64,000 bases of DNA from an uncultured Bryobacterales bacterium. Lineage in GTDB: Bacteria; Acidobacteriota; Terriglobia; Bryobacterales; UBA6623. Positions 50,411 to 59,905 of the stretch are shown here, piece by piece (position 1 is the first letter of the stretch; each line of letters starts with the position of its first letter). The stretch is taken from NCBI GenBank assembly GCA_951813605.1, contig OX638379.1:684830-748829 (forward strand), written 5' to 3'. The notes under the pieces are model-generated. The model made no database searches. It saw nothing but the letters and a program-made list of their open reading frames with translations, and was not told the origin of the DNA. The translations under genes were made by a program, and so were the position numbers.

Positions 50411-51367
50411 ATGAACCGTAGAAAATTCATCGGGGGCTCGCTTGTCGGAGCGTCAGCTCTAACCGCTTCTTCATCGGCTGTTGGGGGCACGCGGGGAGAG
50501 GTTCCCACACGGGTATTCGGTAAGACAGGGGAGAGCCTGACCGTTGTTGGGCAAGCTGGCGGCCGCTTCCCGCTATGCACCTTCGACGAGGCCAAGGCGA
50601 TCACGATGCGGGCGTACGACCTGGGCATCAACTACTTCGACAACGCCCACAGCTATTGGAACGGGCGTTCCGAGGAGGTGTTTGGGGCGGTCCTTCCGCA
50701 GTTCCGCAAGGATGTCTTCATCACGACCAAGAGCGCCGACCGCACGCGCAAGGGTGCGGAGGAGGAACTCCACCTTTCTCTCAAGCGGCTGAAGACGGAC
50801 TACGTGGATCTGTGGCAGATTCATGCTGTCGGCGAGATGGACGAGGTCGAGCAGATCTTCGGGCCTGGCGGTGCCATGGAGGCGTTCGAAGCTGCAAAAG
50901 AGGCAGGCAAGTGCCGTTTCCTCGGATTTACGGGCCATCGCGACCCGCATGTGCATTTGGCAATGCTGGAGCGCTATGACGCCTACGACACGATTTTGAT
51001 GCCGCTGCACCCGGCGGACCCCTCCTACCTGAGCTTTGAGGAACTCGTTCTTCCGGTAGCCCGCGATCGCGGCTTGGGCATCCAGGGCATGAAGAGCCTC
51101 GCCAACGCGAAGCTCCTGCAATCGCTCAGCGTCAGACAGTGCATTCAATACGTGCTGAGCCTTCCGATCCATTGCTTGGCTGTCGGCTGCACGACGATCG
51201 GACAGATCGAGGACGACGTCCGCATCGCGCAGGAGTTCAAGCAGTACGGGCCGGACGAAATGAGTTCCATACGGAACACGGCCCAGAGGCTCGCCGGTGC
51301 CGCGCTCGAGGACTGGAAGCGAGACCTTCAGCAGGCATCGAACCGTCCGCCGTACGCGGGAGCCTAG
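50411..51367 (+). CDS. Aldo/keto reductase with a Tat-like leader
   Basis: MNRRKF; GINYFDNAHSY, ITTK, SLKRLKTDYVDLWQIH. Confidence 0.92.
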   Translation: MNRRKFIGGSLVGASALTASSSAVGGTRGEVPTRVFGKTGESLTVVGQAGGRFPLCTFDEAKAITMRAYDLGINYFDNAHSYWNGRSEEVFGAVLPQFRKDVFITTKSADRTRKGAEEELHLSLKRLKTDYVDLWQIHAVGEMDEVEQIFGPGGAMEAFEAAKEAGKCRFLGFTGHRDPHVHLAMLERYDAYDTILMPLHPADPSYLSFEELVLPVARDRGLGIQGMKSLANAKLLQSLSVRQCIQYVLSLPIHCLAVGCTTIGQIEDDVRIAQEFKQYGPDEMSSIRNTAQRLAGAALEDWKRDLQQASNRPPYAGA

Positions 51368-51588
51368 GGTTCCATGCCGGGTTGGGGTCGGCGCGGGGCT
51401 TGCCGGGCACTGAAACCTGATCAGTTCCTTGTGTAGCCCGGCCAGGTGCTCCCAGCGGGAATGTCGTTTCCGTAAACTTTACATCAAAAGGACGAGAGGA
51501 CCGTGTCCATGGTGTTGACCGATGGCGTTCCCAAGCCGTCTATTGGGTAGTAGGCGACCGCGCTCCTCTTGGAAGGCAGGCGGCCGCA

Positions 51589-53199
51589 ATGGGACAATCC
51601 GCCATGAAGTCCGGTTCGCCAATACCTTCGCGCGCGCTAGTTGACTCTGCCCCTTCCGATTCTGGAGACCGGGAGTGCGCCAGGTGGGGGCTAAGGACCT
51701 TGACGTGGCAACCGCATCCCCGGGGCGCCCCTCGGCGAGGCGTCATAGCGATTGCATCGCGCGTTGTCTTGGGGCTTGCTGGCTGCTTCTTGGTCGGCTG
51801 GCCGGACCCTCAGCTGACCGGTCCTCCCAGTCCCACGGGCCTCTTGGCGGCGCAGGCTCCGCAGCGAGGCGAACGCCGAGCACGCCGTTCCCGTAGAGAT
51901 GCGCCCGAGATCTTTCGCACCAAGGTGCCAGACCACCCCTATGACATCGTCCTTGGCAACCCAACGGACACGTCGGTCATCGTAAGTGTCTTGTCTTATC
52001 CGCCGGTCGAGGGATATATCGAGTTCGGCACGAGCGCGGGCGTATACACAGCGCAGTCGGATCGGATTCGACTCGAGGCAGGCGAGCCGACGGAACTAAA
52101 GCTTGACGGCCTGCTACCTCATACGAGGTACCACTACCGATGGCGCAGCCGTGCTTCATCGTTAGAGACCTTCGATGCGTCAGACGAATTCACGTTCCGC
52201 AGTGGACGCGCGGCCGGCGACAGGTTCGTTTTCACGGTGCAGTCCGACCCGCACTTGGATGGGCGGACCGATCCGCGACTCTACGAGGCATCCCTGAGAA
52301 ACGCTGTGAAGGCCGGCACGGACTTCCATGTCGATCTAGGCGACACGTTCATGACGGACAAGAGACGCGCGGACTTCCGGGAAGCGTTGCCGCAGTATCT
52401 TGCCCAGCGGTACTACTTCGGCTTGATCGGGTCCAGCGCACCGGTCTTCCTCGTGTCGGGCAATCACGATGGCGAGGGCATCGCGCGGGGCCCGATGAGC
52501 GCATGGGCGCGCAAGCAGCGCCAAGCCTACTTCGCCACTCCATCGGACGGCTACAGTGGCCGTGGAAACTACTACCAATGGGAATGGGGCGACGCCCTGT
52601 TCGTCGCGCTGGATCCATATTGGGCAACGCCTCGCGTCCGGCAGAGAGGCGACTATTGGTCGCGAACACTAGGCGAGGTTCAGTACCGCTGGTTCCGCGA
52701 AGCGTTGGAGAGAAGCGAGGCGAGATTCAAGTTTGTCTTCATCCACCACCTTGTGGGCGGCATCAACCAGGCGGCGCGTGGCGGAGTTTCTGCCGCGGGC
52801 CTGTTCGAATGGGGCGGCCACAGTCTCGATGGCAAGCACGAATTCAACGACCGCAGGCCGGGCTGGGGCAAGCCGATTCACCGGCTGCTTGTCGAGACAG
52901 GCGTCTCGATCTTGTTTCACGGTCACGACCACGTATTCGCGAAAGAAGAGCTCGATGGTGTCATCTATCAGTTGGTTCCCCAGCCGGGACTAGACCGGTA
53001 CGGGGCACCGCGCACAGTTGATGGACGCTACGAAAACGGAGATGTGATTGGAGGCCCGGGGCACCTGCGCGTCACAGTGTCCTCGGACGAGGCCTTAGTG
53101 GAACTGGTGCAGACACGACGCGAGGGTATTGAGAGTGGAAACGGCCTGACGACATATTCGTACCGCGTCGGACCGCATTGTGAGGGAGCGTGCAAATGA
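51589..53199 (+). CDS. Metallophosphoesterase (FN3/purple acid phosphatase-type N-domain plus calcineurin-like domain)
   Basis: SDPH, LGD, GNHD, IHH, GHDH; FN3-like LDGLLPHTRYHYR; true start probably later than 51589. Confidence 0.87.
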   Translation: MGQSAMKSGSPIPSRALVDSAPSDSGDRECARWGLRTLTWQPHPRGAPRRGVIAIASRVVLGLAGCFLVGWPDPQLTGPPSPTGLLAAQAPQRGERRARRSRRDAPEIFRTKVPDHPYDIVLGNPTDTSVIVSVLSYPPVEGYIEFGTSAGVYTAQSDRIRLEAGEPTELKLDGLLPHTRYHYRWRSRASSLETFDASDEFTFRSGRAAGDRFVFTVQSDPHLDGRTDPRLYEASLRNAVKAGTDFHVDLGDTFMTDKRRADFREALPQYLAQRYYFGLIGSSAPVFLVSGNHDGEGIARGPMSAWARKQRQAYFATPSDGYSGRGNYYQWEWGDALFVALDPYWATPRVRQRGDYWSRTLGEVQYRWFREALERSEARFKFVFIHHLVGGINQAARGGVSAAGLFEWGGHSLDGKHEFNDRRPGWGKPIHRLLVETGVSILFHGHDHVFAKEELDGVIYQLVPQPGLDRYGAPRTVDGRYENGDVIGGPGHLRVTVSSDEALVELVQTRREGIESGNGLTTYSYRVGPHCEGACK

Positions 53200-54578
53200 C
53201 CATTCGATCCTGCATCTTGCTGTTAGCGGCCTTGTTCGCGGCATCTGGTGCCCCACCTAACTTCGTGTTCATTTTCGCGGACGACCAAGCGTGGAACGGC
53301 CTATCCAGGCGGATGATTGAGAACATGCCGGAATCGGGTAGCGATTACCACCGGACACCCAATATCGACCAGCTGGCTAAGGAAGGCATGACGTTTTCCC
53401 GTGCCTACGCGGCGGCGCCGAAGTGCGAGCCTTCGCGTTACGCAATTATGTTCGGGATGACGACGACTAGCCTGAACGCGCCGGACAAGCGGACAGCCAT
53501 GCGCATGCGAGGCGAACCACGCCATTCCCTTGTAAACGCACTCAAGGCTGCCAATTCCTCCTACGCCGCCGCGACATTCGGGAAATGGCAACTTGCAAGA
53601 TCGCAACGCGAACTGGGATTCGACAGGGACGACGGCAAGATCACCCAAAACCAAGACGGCGAATCCCCTGATCCGCGCGACCCGAAGCGCATGTTCGAGC
53701 TGACAGTAAAGGGCAATCGGTTCATGGAGGATAGCGTGGAAGCCGGGCGCCCGTTCTACCTTCAGCTATGGCATTACGCGGTGCATGGCAGCAACCAGTC
53801 CCTTCCAGAAACGCTCGAGAAATGGCAGGGTCGGCGGCCTGGACGCCTGCATCGCGATCCCACGCGCGCCGCCATGGCGGAGGACTTCGACCGCGCCGTT
53901 GGCATCACTTTGGCGAAGATTGAGGAACTCGGAATCCGCGACAACACCTACGTGATCTACATGTCTGACAACGGCGGGCCGACGCGGTTTCTGCGAGGGG
54001 GCAAGACAAACGTCACGGAGGGCGGGCTGCGCGTGCCCCTCATTGTGCGTGGACCCGGCGTCGAGACGAATGCGTATTGCGACATTCCGGTTGTTGCGTA
54101 CGATCTGCTGCCAACGGTTCTCGATTTCGCGGCGCCCGGAGTTGCACCTCCTCCGGCAGCGGAGGGTGGGAGCTGGAAGCCCTTGCTACTGAGCGGCTGC
54201 GCTGAAGGAGTCGAACGCCCGAAGGAGCAGTTCGTGTTCTACTTTGGCGAGGCGAGGGGCCGCATCCCAGGGCCCCAGGCGGCAATCGTTAGCGGCGATT
54301 TCAAGCTGCTCTATTTTTGGCAAGAGAAGAAAGCGTCGCTATTCGATGTGAGCAGGGATGTTCGGGAGGCGCGCGATCTTGCGGCGCAGTGGCCGGAACT
54401 GGCCGACGAGCTCCAACGCGAGTTGATGGACCACGTCCGCGCCGGTCTCGGCGAGGAGGCATTCGCAAGGGTTGAATCCGGCGAGGTTGCGGCTGCCCCA
54501 CGAAGGCGCGACCGCTCTCGCCGGCGGCCGGCTAGGGGGCCGGCGCGCCAGCGCAGCCGGGCACCGCTCGTACCGTGA
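53196..54578 (+). CDS. Sulfatase family protein, exported
   Basis: PNFVFIFADDQ, CEPSR, GKWQ, YAVH, SDNG, EGGLRVP; ATGA overlap with the upstream gene. Confidence 0.9.
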   Translation: MTIRSCILLLAALFAASGAPPNFVFIFADDQAWNGLSRRMIENMPESGSDYHRTPNIDQLAKEGMTFSRAYAAAPKCEPSRYAIMFGMTTTSLNAPDKRTAMRMRGEPRHSLVNALKAANSSYAAATFGKWQLARSQRELGFDRDDGKITQNQDGESPDPRDPKRMFELTVKGNRFMEDSVEAGRPFYLQLWHYAVHGSNQSLPETLEKWQGRRPGRLHRDPTRAAMAEDFDRAVGITLAKIEELGIRDNTYVIYMSDNGGPTRFLRGGKTNVTEGGLRVPLIVRGPGVETNAYCDIPVVAYDLLPTVLDFAAPGVAPPPAAEGGSWKPLLLSGCAEGVERPKEQFVFYFGEARGRIPGPQAAIVSGDFKLLYFWQEKKASLFDVSRDVREARDLAAQWPELADELQRELMDHVRAGLGEEAFARVESGEVAAAPRRRDRSRRRPARGPARQRSRAPLVP

Positions 54579-55573
54579 CCCGCCGCACGACCATCGCCGC
54601 CTTCTCCTTCGCCCTAGCTGCTGCGGCCGCCAACGAGACCCAGAGGGGCACTGTCAATCACGATCCGGAGGTCGTGGCGCGGTCCTTCGCAGCGTTCGCC
54701 GAGGTCAACGTGCGCTGGGATCAAGACTACGTCTACGTGGAGGCCGACTCCATGCCTCGGCACCAGATGATGGTGGGGATCCGCTCGTGGAATCGGCAAG
54801 TCCCGATTCCTCAGCCGTACTTTGGAAGCAACGCGTTTCGGCTCCCGCTGCGGCCGCGCTTCGCGACGAGTACCGTTTCCGGCAAGGAGTCGCTCTTTCG
54901 CGGCGCGATCGCCGTTGCCGCCAACGGCGTGCCGATCTTCAATCCGATCAAGCAGGATGGACGCACCGATACGAACCTTGCCGGGGAGCTCGACATATTC
55001 GGAGGCCATGCCGGACGGGCCGACGACTACCACTACCATCTCGCACCGGTCCATCTTGCCGACCAGATCGGGAGCGGCTTGCCCGTGGCGTGGGCGCTAG
55101 ACGGATTTCCGATTTTCGCCTACAGCGAGGCGGACGGATCGGAGGCGAGGAACCTGGACTGGTTGAACGGTCACTCCCATGCGGGTAGCGCCTACCACTA
55201 CCACGCGACCCGACAGTACCCCTATTTGAATGGCGGGTTTCGCGGAGAGGTCGCGTTACGCAACGGGGAAGTCGCGGTTCAGCCACGTGCTCGACGGGTC
55301 CGTCCCTTCACGAGACCCCTGAGGGGGGCCGAGATCACAGGGTTCGAGCGCCGGGGCCAAAACAGCTTTCGCTTGGAATTCGAGCTACGGGGCGAAGAAC
55401 ATTCGGTCGGCTACACGATCCTGCCCGATGGCGGCGCGAAATTCGTCTTCACGGACGGGTCCGGGCAAAGCCGCTCCGAAGTCTATCGAGGGGGCAGGTC
55501 TCCCCTTGAGGGGAGAGCCCGCGAACGTGACAGAAATCGTCGGCAACGAGGCGACATTCGCCGCAGGGATTGA
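54575..55573 (+). CDS. YHYH-domain protein, exported
   Basis: GAIAVAANGVPIFNP, LD.FGGH...DDYHYH, WALDGFPI, LD.LNGH...YHYH...YPY; GTGA overlap. Confidence 0.9.
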   Translation: MTRRTTIAAFSFALAAAAANETQRGTVNHDPEVVARSFAAFAEVNVRWDQDYVYVEADSMPRHQMMVGIRSWNRQVPIPQPYFGSNAFRLPLRPRFATSTVSGKESLFRGAIAVAANGVPIFNPIKQDGRTDTNLAGELDIFGGHAGRADDYHYHLAPVHLADQIGSGLPVAWALDGFPIFAYSEADGSEARNLDWLNGHSHAGSAYHYHATRQYPYLNGGFRGEVALRNGEVAVQPRARRVRPFTRPLRGAEITGFERRGQNSFRLEFELRGEEHSVGYTILPDGGAKFVFTDGSGQSRSEVYRGGRSPLEGRARERDRNRRQRGDIRRRD

Positions 55574-55945
55574 GGCCGAGGCTCGAATCCCCGGTCTCAG
55601 CGGCGTTGGGGGGTGCAGCACCCGTTCGAATCTCAATCGCAAGTGGAGGAACTCTGCTGTGCCGGGCCGCTTGAGGCAGTGTTGGAATACTGGCGGTTTG
55701 TCATGGCTTCGAGTCCGGTCCCGCTTAGACGCCGAGAAATGACCGGTGCGACTCCGCCCTGTGGGGCGGCGCGACGTGCCGAAGCGCCGGTTGCGCACCC
55801 GGTGAGATTGTCGGTTCCGGCCAAGCCTATTTCGTGAAGAAGTCGAAACACAGATAGCACTTGACAGTGCCGCAGTAGCCGATGCCACACCCTTCGCCGG
55901 AGCGCTTTTATTGAGATCCACTTTCGGCTGCGACGGAGGTTGAAC

Positions 55946-56980
55946 ATGAGAATCGGATTGCGAATTGCCTTCATAGCACTTGGCTTGTCCTTAAACACGG
56001 CAGCGTCCGCGGAAGACCCCTGCTCCCTCACAACGCAGGGTATGGACCTAACCCCGGCCGAAGTCTCCTTCCTAGAAGAAAAGCTGGAGAGAGACCCCCA
56101 CGACTCGGTTTCCCGAACCAAGCTCCTCGGCTACTACTACCAACAAATCGAAGATCGGTCTGCCCAAGAGAAGCATGCGAATCACGTGCTGTGGCTCATC
56201 AGGAACAACCCGGAGGCCGCAGTGCTCGGGATTTCGGAAGGAACAGTGGAACCATGGCGAAGCGCGCATCGATACGCGGATGCTCGGAAGGCGTGGCTAG
56301 AGGAGATCGAGCGCGATCCAAGCAACACCACGCTGTTGGACCATGCGGCTACAGCATTCACGCCCCATGCCTTAGAACTTGCAACCGATCTTCTCCAGAG
56401 AGCCCAGTCGTTGGACGGATCCAATCCGAAATGGGCCGAGCAACTCGGCCAATTGCATATGCTCGATGCGATGAGACCCCCGGGGACGACTAAGCAGCGG
56501 ATCGCCGGCAAGGCATTGGCTCAACTTGAGAGAGCGTTTGCACTCTCCGAGGGTTCGGCACGGGGCTTCCTTGTGGTTGATCTTGCGAAAGCTGCATACG
56601 CGGCCGGGAAGCATGAACAGGCTCGCGAATACGCGGAGTCCGCGCTGAAAGACAACGGCGAAGGCTGGAATCAGGGCAAGCGCACGCATCACGGCAATGT
56701 CATCTTAGGCAGGATCGCACTAGCCGAGGGCAATATCGAAGAAGCTAGGTATCGTCTCGTGGCAGCCGCCACGACCCATGGCTCGCCTCAGCTAGATTCT
56801 TTCGGTCCGGACATGACGCTTGCCAAGGAGCTTCTCGACGCGGGCGAGAAAGAAGTCGTGCTCAATTACTTCGAGCTTTGCTCCGGTTTCTGGGAAATGG
56901 GCCAAGAAGAGCTAGCGGACTGGACCGCACTCGTCAAGGCAGGCAGGATGCCGGACTTCGAAGGTAGCCTTGAGTTTTGA
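55946..56980 (+). CDS. Exported TPR-like alpha-helical repeat protein
   Basis: GGAGG RBS, signal peptide, TPR-like helical pairs (LQRAQSLD..NP.WA..LG.L; LAKAAYAAG....AREYA..AL). Confidence 0.75.
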   Translation: MRIGLRIAFIALGLSLNTAASAEDPCSLTTQGMDLTPAEVSFLEEKLERDPHDSVSRTKLLGYYYQQIEDRSAQEKHANHVLWLIRNNPEAAVLGISEGTVEPWRSAHRYADARKAWLEEIERDPSNTTLLDHAATAFTPHALELATDLLQRAQSLDGSNPKWAEQLGQLHMLDAMRPPGTTKQRIAGKALAQLERAFALSEGSARGFLVVDLAKAAYAAGKHEQAREYAESALKDNGEGWNQGKRTHHGNVILGRIALAEGNIEEARYRLVAAATTHGSPQLDSFGPDMTLAKELLDAGEKEVVLNYFELCSGFWEMGQEELADWTALVKAGRMPDFEGSLEF

Positions 56981-57269
56981 TCGATTAGCGCCATTTCGAG
57001 AATCCAAAGCCGTATTAGTGGAGTATGAGCCGCGACGGGGCCTCATCGTATTGACACGCAGTTTCCACCGATGCGACTCACCGGTATTGTTCACGGCCAT
57101 AGGCGGGTCGATTGGAATTCGCTTCCATGCACCCGCGAAATGCGGGCACAACAGTTCGCTTGATCCAGATTCATGCTAAACAATCTGGACATCCGGCTCG
57201 GGCGTTAGTACCGGCGACGAGGGTGTGTATCGGCCCTGGAATCAAGATCGGACGCGCTAGAATCCAACC

Positions 57270-59747
57270 ATGCTAGGTCAAGCTCGAATTGCAACAGTTT
57301 CGGTCCTCGTGTTGCTTGCCTGGTTCACCGTCGACCTCGGAACGGGTCCTCCCGCATCCGCTGCCGACTCAAATCCCGTAGCGTGGGGTGCGAGCGATCC
57401 TTCTTGGTCTTCCGACGGGAAGCGCCTCGCGTTCTCGCTGTTCGGCAGCATCTGGACTGTCGGCTCCGAAGGCGGCATCGCCACGCAGCTGACGTCATCC
57501 AACGGGTTCCATGAACATGCCGCTTGGTCACCGGACGGCACCTCGGTCGCGTTTGTGATCGGAGAGAACCCGCGCGGACGGTTTGCCAAGGTGAGGGGAA
57601 CTCTTGCGATTGTTGACACCGGGACGGGAAGGGAGCGGATGTTGCAGCTGCCCCACCTCACGTCTGGCACTCCCGCATGGTCTGATGACGGAAGAAGCAT
57701 CTTCTGTCCGCTTTTCGTTCCGGGCGAGGGCTCCCTCTTGCACGAGGTGGATCCTCGATCCGGCGCCTTGAAGAAATTACAGACGCGCCCTCAGCGCAAT
57801 ACCGCAGGTCCCTGGGTTGAGGTCTCGGCTGGTCCAGACGCGATCTTTTTTGCGGCGCAACGCGTGGGCCCGGCCCAAGTGTGGTCCCTGCCAGCGCGAC
57901 GCGAAGGATTCACCGTCCAATATCCCTTGACGCGGTACCTGCCGGAGGACATCACGGTGCTTGACGGCGTGAGCGCCGCGCCCAACGGCGATTCGATCTA
58001 CTCCGCCGACGTCATCAATGGAAGAGGGAATTTCGAGCTGTATCGCGTGTCGGGCCGGGGAGGGGAGCCCGTAGCGCTGACTTCCACTGCCCGCCACGAA
58101 CTCTCGCCGGAAGTCTCCCCGGACGGGTCGCACATCGCTTTCTCGTCCAACAGCTTCGGCAATATGGACGTGTTCACTATGCCTGTGGACGGCGGAGAAG
58201 CGCAGCACGTCCGAATCGAAGCCTTGAAGTTTGGCAAGCCATCAGGGAAGGTTCGTGTGAATGTGGTCGACGAACTCGGGAAGCCCACGGCAGTCCGGCT
58301 CTATGTCGAAGCGTCCGACGGCAAGGGCTACGCTCCCAGAGGGGAGCCGATCTTCTACTACCCATTGGAACCTGACGGAAAGCGCGATGCATTCTTCGTC
58401 GCTGTAGGCAAACCGGAATTTGACGTGCCGTCCGGAGGACTGCGGCTGACCGCGGTCAAGGGTTACGAGTATAGGATCAGCAGCGCAAGCATTGATGTCG
58501 TTCCCGGGGAAACGACGGAACTGACGCTCCGGCTGGAACGCTGGACAAACTGGAACCAACGCGGCTGGTATTCGGGCGAGAACCATTTTCACGCCAACTA
58601 TCTCGGAAGCTATTACCAGCGCCCGGCGCAGTCGCTTGCCTGGCTCAAGGCCATGGATCTTAACGCGGCCAACATGATCGTGGCGAACGCGCAAGGCGCG
58701 TTCATTCACGACGAGGAGTTCTTCACCGGCGAGGTCAGTGCGCTTTCCACCGAGCGTCGGTTCCTTTACTGGGGGCAGGAATACCGCAACAGCGACCCGC
58801 TTGGCCACATGGGATTCCTCAACATCAAGCGCCTAGTTCCTCCTTCCTACACCAGCGTTATTGGAAGCGACTCCCCTTACGACTTTCCGCTCAATACCAT
58901 GGCCGCTCTGGAGGCTCGCAAGCAAGGCGGGTTGGTGACTTACATGCATCCGATCGGGGGTGCTACGCGGGACGTTTTTGACACGAATCTCGGCGCGAAG
59001 GAAAGCGTCGTGACAGCGGCTCTAGGCGCGCTGGATACCATCGACCTGCTTCCATACGGCGATGCCGCCTATCGGCTTTGGTACACGCTGCTGAATTGCG
59101 GATTCCGAATCGCTGCGGGTGCCGGAACGGACGCCTTCACGAACTGGCGCGGGATCAACCGCATTCCGGGCGGCAGCAGGCAGTATGTCCATGTCGGGGG
59201 AACTATGAGCTGGGAGCGCTGGGTCGAGCGCTACCGTGAGGGGCGCTCCTTCGCGACTACCGGACCCCTTCTGACATTCGATGTCAACGGCAGCGGCGTC
59301 GGTGAGGAAATCAAGTTCAATCCCGGATCGACGTATCGAGCCACGCTACGCGCCGATGTCATGTCCCGCACGCCAATCGACAGGGTCGAGTTCATTCAAA
59401 ACGGGAGGGTTATTGGGAGTACCGAAGCAAGCCGTGCCCGCAACGTCCGCGCCGAACTGCAGGTGCAAGTCGGCGAATCGAGCTGGTTCGCCGCACGCGT
59501 TTACGGGCCGACCGCGCCGGGACTGACGACCCGCGCACTCGCGCATTCGAGCGCCGTGTACGTGACTGAGGGATCGCGGCCGGTGTTGATTCGGGAGGAC
59601 CTGGAATTGGCAATTCTCTGGACGGACAGGCTGTGGGCGTATCTGCTCGAGCGAAACAACTTCGGTTCTTTGGAGAATCGAGAAGCGGCGGGGGCGATGA
59701 TTGGCCAGGCTCGACAGCACTTGGAAGGTAAGCTGCGCGAGCTGTGA
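57270..59747 (+). CDS. TolB/PD40 propeller plus CehA/McbA-like PHP metallohydrolase, exported
   Basis: PSWSSDG, WSPDG and SPDG repeats; GWYSGENHFH, GQEYR..GH, YMHP, WY.LLNCG, GTD. Confidence 0.87.
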   Translation: MLGQARIATVSVLVLLAWFTVDLGTGPPASAADSNPVAWGASDPSWSSDGKRLAFSLFGSIWTVGSEGGIATQLTSSNGFHEHAAWSPDGTSVAFVIGENPRGRFAKVRGTLAIVDTGTGRERMLQLPHLTSGTPAWSDDGRSIFCPLFVPGEGSLLHEVDPRSGALKKLQTRPQRNTAGPWVEVSAGPDAIFFAAQRVGPAQVWSLPARREGFTVQYPLTRYLPEDITVLDGVSAAPNGDSIYSADVINGRGNFELYRVSGRGGEPVALTSTARHELSPEVSPDGSHIAFSSNSFGNMDVFTMPVDGGEAQHVRIEALKFGKPSGKVRVNVVDELGKPTAVRLYVEASDGKGYAPRGEPIFYYPLEPDGKRDAFFVAVGKPEFDVPSGGLRLTAVKGYEYRISSASIDVVPGETTELTLRLERWTNWNQRGWYSGENHFHANYLGSYYQRPAQSLAWLKAMDLNAANMIVANAQGAFIHDEEFFTGEVSALSTERRFLYWGQEYRNSDPLGHMGFLNIKRLVPPSYTSVIGSDSPYDFPLNTMAALEARKQGGLVTYMHPIGGATRDVFDTNLGAKESVVTAALGALDTIDLLPYGDAAYRLWYTLLNCGFRIAAGAGTDAFTNWRGINRIPGGSRQYVHVGGTMSWERWVERYREGRSFATTGPLLTFDVNGSGVGEEIKFNPGSTYRATLRADVMSRTPIDRVEFIQNGRVIGSTEASRARNVRAELQVQVGESSWFAARVYGPTAPGLTTRALAHSSAVYVTEGSRPVLIREDLELAILWTDRLWAYLLERNNFGSLENREAAGAMIGQARQHLEGKLREL

Positions 59748-59905
59748 GTCGCATGGCAGACCGCGAGCAGCTTATTCCCCATCTCCAATACGCTCGGATT
59801 GCCGGGCCAAGTGTCCTTTGGAGCATTGCCGCGTCACCGGAAATCACACGAGAATGTGATCTCGGTGTGCTGTAATCTTTAGGTGGTTAGAGCCGTAGGT
59901 TCCTA

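Noticed and set aside
55854-55873. CIRCE element
   Set aside because: The 9-nt spacer and full TTAGCACTC/GAGTGCTAA arms are absent
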